DNA from: a bacterium
GTDB taxonomy: Bacteria; Krumholzibacteriota; Krumholzibacteriia; LZORAL124-64-63
Direction: 5' to 3'
DNA length: 46,313 bases
NCBI GenBank assembly: GCA_031441465.1
Contig: JANOEP010000058.1
Location: 1 to 46,313 of the forward strand
This document shows, piece by piece, positions 38,387-46,313 of the stretch (the stretch's first letter is position 1; each line of letters opens with the position of its first letter). Under the pieces are notes generated by a model that was given only the letters and a program-made list of their open reading frames with translations, did no database searches and was not told the DNA's origin. Made by a program: the position numbers and the translations under genes.

Positions 38387-39367
38387 GTGACCGAGCCCCT
38401 GGACACCGCCCGCGTCGACGAGATGTCGCGGCGCCTCGAGGAGATCCTGGCCGAGGCCGGCAAGGTCGTCGTGGGCCAGCGGCCGATGCTCGAAGGCCTG
38501 CTGGTGGGCCTGATGACGGGCGGGCACGTCCTGCTGGAGGGCGTGCCGGGCCTGGCCAAGACCCTGGCCGTGCGCACGCTGGCCGGCGTGATCGACGCCC
38601 GCTTCCAGCGCATCCAGTTCACCCCGGACCTGCTGCCGGCCGACATCGTCGGGACGACCATCTACGAGCACGACAAGGGCACCTTCTCGGTCAAGAAGGG
38701 ACCCATCTTCAGCAACATCATCCTGGCCGACGAGATCAACCGCGCGCCGGCCAAGGTGCAGAGCGCCCTGCTCGAAGCCATGCAGGAACGCCAGGTCACC
38801 ATCGGCGAGCAGACCTTCCCGCTGGCCGACCCCTTCCTGGTGCTGGCGACCCAGAACCCGATCGAGCAGGAAGGGACCTACCCGCTGCCCGAGGCCCAGG
38901 TCGACCGGTTCCTGCTGAAGCTGAAGGTGGGCTACCCGACGCGCGACGAGGAGCGGCTCATCCTGGACCGGATGGCCGGCCGCGAGCCGCCGCGCGTCCG
39001 GCCCGTGATCAGCGCCCAGGAGGTGCTGACGCTCCGCCGGGGCGTCGCGGGCATCCACCTCGACGAGAAGATCAAGGGCTACATCCTGGACCTCGTGTTC
39101 GCCACGCGCGACCCCGCGGCCCGCGGGCTGGACATCGCGCCGCTGATCGCGTACGGGGCGTCGCCGCGCGCGACGCTGGCCCTGGCCCAGGCGTCGCGCG
39201 CCCGGGCGCTGCTGGCCGGGCGCGCCTTCGTGGTGCCCGAGGACGTCAAGGCGGTCGGGCACGACGTGCTGCGCCACCGCGTGCTGGTGACCTACGAAGC
39301 CGAAGCCGAGCGCAAAACGAGCGACGACATCATCACCTACCTGTTCGACCATGTGGAAGTTCCTTAG
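38387..39367 (+). CDS. moxR: MoxR family AAA+ ATPase
   Basis: LEGVPGLAKT, RIQFTPDLLP.D, DEINRA, ATQNPIEQEGTYPLPEAQ.DRF; GAGGAGG RBS. Confidence 0.95.
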   Translation: MTEPLDTARVDEMSRRLEEILAEAGKVVVGQRPMLEGLLVGLMTGGHVLLEGVPGLAKTLAVRTLAGVIDARFQRIQFTPDLLPADIVGTTIYEHDKGTFSVKKGPIFSNIILADEINRAPAKVQSALLEAMQERQVTIGEQTFPLADPFLVLATQNPIEQEGTYPLPEAQVDRFLLKLKVGYPTRDEERLILDRMAGREPPRVRPVISAQEVLTLRRGVAGIHLDEKIKGYILDLVFATRDPAARGLDIAPLIAYGASPRATLALAQASRARALLAGRAFVVPEDVKAVGHDVLRHRVLVTYEAEAERKTSDDIITYLFDHVEVP

Positions 39368-40304
39368 CCGCGCCCTCGAGCCCGCCGCCCCGCCGCCGCC
39401 GCGGACCCGGGAGGCGCCGATCCCGCCCGAGATGATCGAGGCGGTGCGGCGCATTTCCCTGCGGGCCCGGCGGCTGGTCGAGGAGACCTTCTCGGGCGAA
39501 TACCACTCGGTCTTCAAGGGGCGGGGCATCGAGTTCCGCGAGGTGCGCGAGTACGTGCCCGGGGACGACGTGCGGTCGATCGACTGGAACGTCACCGCCC
39601 GCTCCGACGCCCCGTACGTGAAGCAGTTCGACGAGGAGCGGGAGTTGACCGTGGTGCTCGCGGTCGACGTCAGCCGGTCGGGACTGTTCGGCTCGGGAGC
39701 GCGGACGCGCGGCGAGATCGCCGCCGAGCTGTGCGGCGTGCTGGCCTTCGCCGCGACCGCCAACAAGGACAAGGTCGGGCTCGTGCTGTTCTCCGACCGC
39801 GTCGAGCTTTACGTGCCGCCGGCCCGCGGTCGGGGGCACGTGTTGCGGATCATCCGCGAACTGCTCGCCGCCGAGATGTCCGGCCGCGGCACCGACCTCG
39901 GCGCGCCGATGGAACTGCTGGGGTCGGTGCTCAAGCGTCGGGCGACGGTCTTCCTGGTCTCGGACTTCTGGGCCGACGGTTTCGAGGCGCCGCTGCGGGT
40001 CGTCGCGCGCCGCCACGACTTCGTGGCCGTGCGCGTGCGCGACCCGCGCGACACCGTGTTGCCGGCGGCCGGTCTGGTGAACTGGATCGACGCCGAGACG
40101 GGCCGCGAGGCCCTCGTCGACGTCGGGGACGGCGAGGTGCGCGCCGAGCTGACCCGCCGGGCGGCCGACCACGACCGCCGCCTGGAACGTCTGCTGCGCG
40201 CCGCCCGCGTCGACCTCGTCGACATCGACATCACGAGCAGCTACGTCGAACCGCTCCAGCAGTTCTTCACCATGCGGAGCCGACGCGGAAAGGTCTGGCG
40301 CTGA
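39351..40304 (+). CDS. DUF58 domain protein
   Basis: GEYHSVFKGRGIEF..VREY.PGDDVR.IDWNVTAR, DVS.S, SDF. Confidence 0.92.
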   Translation: MWKFLSRALEPAAPPPPRTREAPIPPEMIEAVRRISLRARRLVEETFSGEYHSVFKGRGIEFREVREYVPGDDVRSIDWNVTARSDAPYVKQFDEERELTVVLAVDVSRSGLFGSGARTRGEIAAELCGVLAFAATANKDKVGLVLFSDRVELYVPPARGRGHVLRIIRELLAAEMSGRGTDLGAPMELLGSVLKRRATVFLVSDFWADGFEAPLRVVARRHDFVAVRVRDPRDTVLPAAGLVNWIDAETGREALVDVGDGEVRAELTRRAADHDRRLERLLRAARVDLVDIDITSSYVEPLQQFFTMRSRRGKVWR

Positions 40305-41338
40305 TGCGCGCTCGGGAGGCGGCACGGTCGGGGATGGTCGCCGCGGCCCTGACCTGCGCCCTGGCGACGGCGGCGGGGGCGCAACCCCGCGCCATGCCCG
40401 CACCGGCGCCCGTCTCCCCGGACACGGTGCTGCTGTCGCTCGGTGCGGCCGCCGGATCGTCCCGGCCGACGCTGTCCCTCGGCGCGCGCGACACGCTGCG
40501 TTTCGGGGAACCCTTCAGCTTGACCTGCGATTTCCCGCCCGGCGCGTCGGTGATCCCCGATTCCGTCACCTCGCGCGCCGACTGGGTCGTGGTCGTGGCG
40601 CGCGATCCCGCCGGTACGGAAGCAACGCGGCGCGTCGTGCTGACCCTGCGGCCCTACCGTCCGGGGCCCTTCCGCCTGGCCTGGGAGGGTGAGCCCGTCG
40701 CGGGTCCGGTCCATCACATCGCCGGCCGCCTCGACCCCGCCGCGGAGCCGCTGCCGGTGCGCGATCCGCGCCGTCTGCCCCGCGCGTGGTGGCTGGCGGC
40801 CCTCGGGTTGCTCCTGGTCGCCGCCGCCGCGGCCCTGGTCTGGTTGTGGCGGCGACGACGACGGGCGACGCCGGACGGCGTCGACGAACCGCTGCTGCCG
40901 CCGGCATGGCTGCAGGCGGCGCGGGATCTCGACGAACTGCTGGCCGAGCGGCTGCTCGAACGGGGTGACGGCAGGGCGTTCCTGCACCGCCTCGACGTCG
41001 TCTTCCGCCGTTACCTCGCGGCCCGCTACCGCTTCGCCGCCCTCGAGATGACGGCCTCCGAAGTGGCCGCTGCCCTGGATGCCCTGCGTCACCCCGCGGC
41101 CGCCCGTCGCGCAGCGGCGGCGATCCTGGGACGCTGCGACGCGTTGCGCTTCGCGCCGGCCGCGGCGTTGCCGGCCGACGGACGCCAACTCCTCGTGCTG
41201 GTGGTCCGGGAGATCGGCGCTCGCCGCGAGCCGGTCCGCTACACCCCCGTGCCGCCGGCGGCCTTGATCGAGTCCGAGCGCTGCTGGGAGCGCGTGCTGG
41301 CCGCGACTGTGAGTGGAGAAGGGGCCGGGCATGCCTGA
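40304..41338 (+). CDS. Bat-operon membrane protein (DUF4381/BatD-related)
   Basis: TGA/ATG overlap; signal peptide, central TM with RRRR, R.YL..RY...ALEMT motif. Confidence 0.7.
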   Translation: MRAREAARSGMVAAALTCALATAAGAQPRAMPAPAPVSPDTVLLSLGAAAGSSRPTLSLGARDTLRFGEPFSLTCDFPPGASVIPDSVTSRADWVVVVARDPAGTEATRRVVLTLRPYRPGPFRLAWEGEPVAGPVHHIAGRLDPAAEPLPVRDPRRLPRAWWLAALGLLLVAAAAALVWLWRRRRRATPDGVDEPLLPPAWLQAARDLDELLAERLLERGDGRAFLHRLDVVFRRYLAARYRFAALEMTASEVAAALDALRHPAAARRAAAAILGRCDALRFAPAAALPADGRQLLVLVVREIGARREPVRYTPVPPAALIESERCWERVLAATVSGEGAGHA

Positions 41339-42320
41339 GTTCACCCATCCCTGGCTGTTGCTGCTCGCGGTGCCGGTGCTCGGCGCGGCCTCCCTGTTGC
41401 GTCGCCGCCGGCCCGACACCTCGGCGCTGCGTCACCCCCACCTCGACCTGCTCCTGCAGGTACGACCGGGCCTGCGCGTCCGGGCGTACCGCGCCCGGCC
41501 GTGGCTGGTCACCGCAGCCCTGCTGCTGCTGGTGGTGGCGCTGGCCCGGCCGCGCGACGTCCACTCCAGCCGCGAGGTCGAGGGCGAGGGGATCGACATC
41601 GTCGTGGCCCTGGACATCAGCGGCAGCATGCTCGCCCTCGATTTCCAGCCCGACAATCGGCTCGCGGTCGCCAAGCGGATCATCCGCGACTTCATCGACA
41701 CCCGGACCACCGACCAGGTCGGCCTGGTCGTCTTCGCGTCGCGCGCCTTCACGCAGTGCCCGCTGACCCTGGACCGGTCGGTGCTGAACGGGTTCCTCGA
41801 CCAGGTGCAGGTCGGGCTGATCGAGGACGGCACGGCCATCGGCCTGGGGCTGGCCACGGCGGTCAACCGGCTGCGGCACTCCGAGGCCAAGAACCGCACC
41901 GTGATCCTGCTGACCGACGGCAGCAACAACATCCCGACCCTCGAGCCCGAGACGGCCGCCGAACTGGCCAGGGCGCTGGGCGTGCGCGTCTACACCGTGG
42001 GAGTCGGCAAGAAGGGCAAGGTGCCCTACCCCGAGGATTCGCCGGTGTTCGGCCGGCGCACCCGCATGGTCGAGGTGCCGATCGACGAGGAGCTGCTGCG
42101 GCGCATCGCCGCCGCGACCGGCGGCAGTTATTTCCGCGCCGAGGATCCCGCGACGCTGGCGCAGATCTTCGCGACCATCGATCAGCTCGAGACGAGCCGC
42201 TACAAGACGTGGGTCACCACCTGGTACCAGGAGCGGATGGCCTGGTTCGCCGCGCCGGCCCTGGCGTTGCTGTTGCTGGAGGCCGTGCTCGCGGCCACCT
42301 GGTTGCGCCGGGCGCCGTGA
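41331..42320 (+). CDS. batA: BatA-like vWA domain protein
   Basis: F.HPW N-terminal motif, ALARP, MIDAS DISGSM, PLT.D, TAIG, LLTDG. Confidence 0.88.
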   Translation: MPEFTHPWLLLLAVPVLGAASLLRRRRPDTSALRHPHLDLLLQVRPGLRVRAYRARPWLVTAALLLLVVALARPRDVHSSREVEGEGIDIVVALDISGSMLALDFQPDNRLAVAKRIIRDFIDTRTTDQVGLVVFASRAFTQCPLTLDRSVLNGFLDQVQVGLIEDGTAIGLGLATAVNRLRHSEAKNRTVILLTDGSNNIPTLEPETAAELARALGVRVYTVGVGKKGKVPYPEDSPVFGRRTRMVEVPIDEELLRRIAAATGGSYFRAEDPATLAQIFATIDQLETSRYKTWVTTWYQERMAWFAAPALALLLLEAVLAATWLRRAP

Positions 42321-42389
42321 GCTGCGGAAGACGCGGATGCGGAAGACGCGAGGCGATGAAATCATGACCCGCCGGAGAGGAGAGGCCCC

Positions 42390-44159
42390 GTGAGGTTCGC
42401 TGCCGAAGCCTGGCTCTGGTTGCTGCTCCTGCCGCCGGCGCTGTGGGTCCTGCTGCGATGGAGCGACGGGCGCGCGCGCGCGGACCTCGCCCGCCTGCTC
42501 GGCCGCCGGGCCGGCGAACACGTCGAAGGCCGGCCCGTCACCGCGCTCGCCTGGCGCCGCTTTTTCCTGCTGACCGGCCTGTGCTGGCTCGTGCTGGCCC
42601 TGGCGCGCCCCCAGTGGGGGACCCACGAGATCGAGATGCGGCAGCGCGGCACCGACGTGGTCATCGCCCTGGACGTCTCGAACTCCATGCTGGCCCAGGA
42701 CGTCGTACCCAGCCGCATGGCCCGCGCCAAGGCGGAACTCGCCGAGTTCCTCGACGACTACGGGCAGGGCCGTGTCGGGCTGGTGCTGTTCGCCGGCCAG
42801 GCCTTCGTGCAGTGCCCCCTGACGCTCGACCGCGGCACCGCACAGCTCTTCCTGAGGATGGCCGACACGGACATGATCTCCACCCAGGGCACTGCCATCG
42901 CGAGCGCGCTGGAGACCTCCGGCCAGCTGCTCGTCGGGGGCAGGGGAGAGGGCTCGGCGGACACCCGGCAGGCCATCCTGCTGGTGACCGACGGCGAAGA
43001 CCTCGAAGGTGGCTGGCGGGAGGCGGCGCAGACCTGCCGCGAGCAGGGGATCGTGATCGTCCCGGTGGGCGTCGGCGAGGAGAGCGGCGGGCTCGTGCCC
43101 GACCCCGAGCGGGAGGGTTTCCTCAAGGACGATCAGGGGAGTGTCGTGATGAGCCGACTGGACCTCGCCGCGCTGCAAGAGTTGGCGACGTCGGGACCGG
43201 GCTTGGTGTTCCGCATCGGCCGCGGCGGGCTCGACCGTCGCGCCTTGCACGACGTCATCGCCCGTCTCGGTGAGCGCGACCTCGGCGGCCGCCAGGTCGC
43301 CAGGTACGAGGAGCGTTTCGTCTGGCCACTGGGGTTGGCCCTGGCCAGCCTGTGGCTGGGCGCGCTCGTGCGCCCGCGCCGCAGGACCGCCGCCGTCGGC
43401 GTCGCCGCGGCCCTGTGGCTGATCCTGGTCGTGCCGGCGGTCCGGGCCGCAGCCTGGACCCAGCCGGGCGGGGCGGCTGCCCGCCAGGGGCACGACCTCT
43501 ACCGCGCCGGTGATTACGAAGGCGCGCTGAAATCCTACGAAGCCGCCCGTGCCGAGGCGCCCGACGATCCCCGCCTGAGCCTGGCCGTGGGCGAGGCCCT
43601 GTCGCGGCTCGGCCGCCACGAGGAAGCGGAACGGGAATTCGCCCGGGCCCTGTCCCAGTCGTCGGATCCGGAACTGCGGTCCGAGAGCTTGTACAATTCA
43701 GGAACCAACGCCCTGTCCGCGGACGACCCAAAACGCGCCGTCGAGCAGCTCCGGCGCTCCCTGGCCCTGGACCCCGCGCAGCAGGACGCCCTGCACAATC
43801 TGGAATTGGCGGTCCGCAGGTTGGAACAACCGCCGCCCGACCAGCAGCAGGAAGATCAGCAAAAGCAGGAACAGCAGCAGCAGGAACAGCAGCAGCAGGA
43901 ACAGAAGCAGCAAGAACAGAAGCAGGACCAGCAGCAGCAACAGGATCAGCAACAGAACCAGCAAGAGGAGCCCCAACAGGCGCAACCGCAGGACCAGCAG
44001 CAGGCACAGCCGCAAACCGGTGAACCCGATCAGGATCAACTGAGTCGCGAGCGCGCCCTGACGATCCTCAAGGGACTCGATCGGGATGAGGAAGAACTGC
44101 GGCGTGCCGTGCAGAAACGTCTGCAGGGCGACGGGAACAGGAGTGGGAAAAGATGGTGA
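42390..44159 (+). CDS. batB: BatB-like vWA protein fused to BatC-like TPR and Q-rich tail
   Basis: ALARPQWG, DVSNSM, VTDGED, TPRs (YNSG, HNLE), Q-rich linker, terminal KRW. Confidence 0.82.
   Translation: MRFAAEAWLWLLLLPPALWVLLRWSDGRARADLARLLGRRAGEHVEGRPVTALAWRRFFLLTGLCWLVLALARPQWGTHEIEMRQRGTDVVIALDVSNSMLAQDVVPSRMARAKAELAEFLDDYGQGRVGLVLFAGQAFVQCPLTLDRGTAQLFLRMADTDMISTQGTAIASALETSGQLLVGGRGEGSADTRQAILLVTDGEDLEGGWREAAQTCREQGIVIVPVGVGEESGGLVPDPEREGFLKDDQGSVVMSRLDLAALQELATSGPGLVFRIGRGGLDRRALHDVIARLGERDLGGRQVARYEERFVWPLGLALASLWLGALVRPRRRTAAVGVAAALWLILVVPAVRAAAWTQPGGAAARQGHDLYRAGDYEGALKSYEAARAEAPDDPRLSLAVGEALSRLGRHEEAEREFARALSQSSDPELRSESLYNSGTNALSADDPKRAVEQLRRSLALDPAQQDALHNLELAVRRLEQPPPDQQQEDQQKQEQQQQEQQQQEQKQQEQKQDQQQQQDQQQNQQEEPQQAQPQDQQQAQPQTGEPDQDQLSRERALTILKGLDRDEEELRRAVQKRLQGDGNRSGKRW
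43842..44015 (+). repeat. Glutamine-rich low-complexity coding repeat
   Basis: CAG/CAA/GAA-rich tandem codons within the BatB/C ORF. Confidence 0.85.
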
Positions 44160-46313
44160 GAGGGCACGACGCGGCGCGCTTCGTCCTGGCGGTCCTGCTT
44201 TGCGGGTCCGTGTTCGCCGTCCCGGTCGCCGCGGCTGACCTGCAGGCGCGTGTCGACCGCACGTCGGCGGCTCCCGGGGACCAGATCCTGCTCACGGTGA
44301 CGGTCAGCGGCAAGGGCCGCGACCTCGCCATGCCCGAACTGCCGCGGATCGACGGCGTGGATGTCGCGCGCGGCGGCACCAGCACCAACTTCCAGATGGT
44401 CAACGGCGTGGTGAGCAGTTCCCAGACCTGGAACTGGGTCTTGAGCCTCCGCAGCGACCGCGACGTGCTCATCCCGGCGCTCCAGACGACGGTCGACGGT
44501 CAGGTGCTGCGCACGCAGCCCATCACGATCCGTGTCACGGGCGATCCGGGAGCGGTGACCGGCAACGGCAACCGCAGCGCGCCCCCTCGGGCGGAGCCTG
44601 CGGTCGCGGCGGCCCGGCCCGGCCGCGCGGGCCCCGGCAGCCCCTACTTCGTCACCCTGGAAGTCGACCGTGACGAAGTGTACGTGGGCGAGCAAATCGT
44701 GCTGATCTTCCGCTTCTTCGCCGACCCCTTCGCGCGCCTCTTCGACCGGCCCCAGTACGAAGCGCCGCGGACGGAGGGCTTCTGGCGGGAGGACCTGCCG
44801 CCCCCGCGCACCTCGCGCGAGACGGTCGGCGGCAAGGCCTACGAGATGACTGAGATCCGCTACGCACTGTACCCGACGCGCTCGGGCCGGCTGACCGTCC
44901 TGCCCGCCAAGGTCACGCTGCCGGGCGATCCCTTCGCCGACTTCTTCGGTTCCCGTCGCACCCGTGAGCGCGGGCCGCAGTCGCTCGAAAGCTCGTCGCT
45001 GACCGTCGAGGTGCTCGATCTGCCGCACCCCGCCCCGCCCGGATTCCTCGGGCTGGTTTCGCGTCAGGTGGAACTGGAGGTCCAGACCGACCGCACGAGT
45101 GTCCCGCGCGGCGACCCGGTGACCTGGACCCTGGTGCTCAAGGCCGACGGTTCGCTCAAGAGCGTCACCGAGGTGCCTTGGGAGGCTCCCCGCGGCGTCC
45201 AGGTCCACGAGGCCGGGGGCGGTCTGGAGATGAAGGAAGCCCGTGGGCGCCAGCTGGCCGTCCTGCGCTCGGACAAGGTGCTCGTCCCGTCGGTCGAAGG
45301 CCGCATCGATCTGCCCGCAGCCCGCGTGACCTGGTTCGATCCCGCGCAGAAACAGTACCGGACCATCGAGGCCGGTGCGCGCACGTTGGAGGTGACGCCG
45401 AGCGACAACCCCGCCGGCGAGGATGGCGTGCAGCATGCGACGGGTTTCCGCGGCGAGATCGAGCGCCTCGCCAACGACCTGGCGTTCGTGCACCCCGCGC
45501 CGGTGCGCCTGAGCGCCCGCGGCGCCCCGCTGCCCGAGACTTCCGGCTGGTGGTTCGTCACGCTGCTGGCGCCTTTGTCGCTCGGCGTCTGGCGCCTGTG
45601 GCTGGGTCGCCGCCGGGCGCTGCTGGGGGATCCGGTCGCCGGGCGCCGGCGCCAGGCGGCGCGCACGGCCCGCCGGCTGCTGGACGAGGCCGCGACGGCC
45701 GGCGAGGCCGAAGCCGCGAGTGCGTTGGTGATCAGGGCCGTGACCGGGTATGTCGCGGACATGACCGGCCGCGCCGCTTCCGGGTTGCCCGCCGGCGCCG
45801 TCGGCGCCTACGCCGCCGCGCTGGGCTTGCCCGAGGTCGGGGCCGCTCTGGAATCCCTGCTGCAGGAATGCGCCGCCTCGCGCTTCGGCGCGGCCGGCGC
45901 TCCCCGGCGCGACGACGCGGACCCGGTCGCGCGGGCCCGCCGGCATCTCGACGAACTCACGCACGACGGCGCGAAACCGCGCCCGATCAGCCCGCTCGTC
46001 GGCGCGGTGCTGCTGGCCGCGCTGACGGTGTTCGCTGCCGTCCCGTCGCGCGCCGAGCCTGCGGCGGCGGTGGTGGTCGGCCCGTCCGCGGTCCGGCAAC
46101 TGGCCGAGGGCGTCGAGGCCTACACGCGGGGGGACCTGGATGCGGCCGTCGCGAGCTTCGGAGCGGCGGCGGCGACGGGCGACCCGGTGGCCTGCTACAA
46201 CCTGGCCACCGCCCACGCGCGCCGCGGCGAACTGGGCAAGGCCATCGTCAACTACCAGCGCGCGCTGCGCGCCGCGCCCCGTGACGCCGATGCGCGTTCC
46301 AACCTCGCCTGGG
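44153..46313 (+). CDS. batD: BatD-like protein with in-frame C-terminal BatE-like TPR region (partial, runs off the window)
   Basis: Not in the ORF track because it has no stop; ATG 44153 MVRGHDAARFVLAVLL, A.VDR, VYVGEQ repeated Ig-like units, W.FDP, TM, then YNLA..GKAIVNYQRA TPR. Confidence 0.82.
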   Translation, partial: MVRGHDAARFVLAVLLCGSVFAVPVAAADLQARVDRTSAAPGDQILLTVTVSGKGRDLAMPELPRIDGVDVARGGTSTNFQMVNGVVSSSQTWNWVLSLRSDRDVLIPALQTTVDGQVLRTQPITIRVTGDPGAVTGNGNRSAPPRAEPAVAAARPGRAGPGSPYFVTLEVDRDEVYVGEQIVLIFRFFADPFARLFDRPQYEAPRTEGFWREDLPPPRTSRETVGGKAYEMTEIRYALYPTRSGRLTVLPAKVTLPGDPFADFFGSRRTRERGPQSLESSSLTVEVLDLPHPAPPGFLGLVSRQVELEVQTDRTSVPRGDPVTWTLVLKADGSLKSVTEVPWEAPRGVQVHEAGGGLEMKEARGRQLAVLRSDKVLVPSVEGRIDLPAARVTWFDPAQKQYRTIEAGARTLEVTPSDNPAGEDGVQHATGFRGEIERLANDLAFVHPAPVRLSARGAPLPETSGWWFVTLLAPLSLGVWRLWLGRRRALLGDPVAGRRRQAARTARRLLDEAATAGEAEAASALVIRAVTGYVADMTGRAASGLPAGAVGAYAAALGLPEVGAALESLLQECAASRFGAAGAPRRDDADPVARARRHLDELTHDGAKPRPISPLVGAVLLAALTVFAAVPSRAEPAAAVVVGPSAVRQLAEGVEAYTRGDLDAAVASFGAAAATGDPVACYNLATAHARRGELGKAIVNYQRALRAAPRDADARSNLAW

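Noticed and set aside
42324..42351. Duplicated 13-mer TGCGGAAGACGCG between batA and batB
   Set aside because: Only two copies with a 2-nt spacer; not a CRISPR array or recognisable element
43842..44015. Repetitive CAG-rich tract as CRISPR or VNTR element
   Set aside because: In-frame Gln-rich linker typical of BatC-like proteins; no repeat-spacer structure
40566..46216. 1017-aa and 726-aa minus-strand ORFs
   Set aside because: Antisense shadows of the Bat operon

Overview
High-GC bacterial chromosomal window. FlgD-Ig 'PNPFNP' C-terminal domains, a 'SWGxIKxxY' tail and a Bat operon suggest an FCB-related lineage such as Krumholzibacteriota, Latescibacterota or Eisenbacteria (inference). Contents from left to right: (1) umuDC, with an N-terminally extended UmuD; (2) small accessory genes; (3) a compact operon of two-Cys DsrC, a NarI/DsrM/TmcC-like membrane subunit, a DsrK/TmcB-like Fe-S CCG protein and a cysteine desulfurase, with no dsrAB in the window; (4) a GT-C/TPR gene, DUF4342, mgsA, small hypotheticals, an SDR and an ABC-F; (5) a ~7.9 kb composite island at the 3' end of tRNA-fMet, bounded by att-like repeats at 15706, 17944 and 23626. 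The island carries a GH16-CBM6 enzyme, an AbiEi/AbiEii pair, a DUF2779 nuclease-like gene and a decayed large serine recombinase whose coding sequence appears split by the att site. (6) Mostly core-like genes follow: ftsB-like, eno, a secreted PPAD-like deiminase, an ECF sigma/anti-sigma cluster, TPR and TolB-like proteins, a class II aldolase, a porin, GT4, two DUF507 genes and a MoxR-DUF58-Bat operon running off the right edge. The best candidates for undescribed biology are the DsrC/DsrMK-like/desulfurase module and the tRNA-fMet island. All product calls come from motif recognition by eye; no database searches were run.
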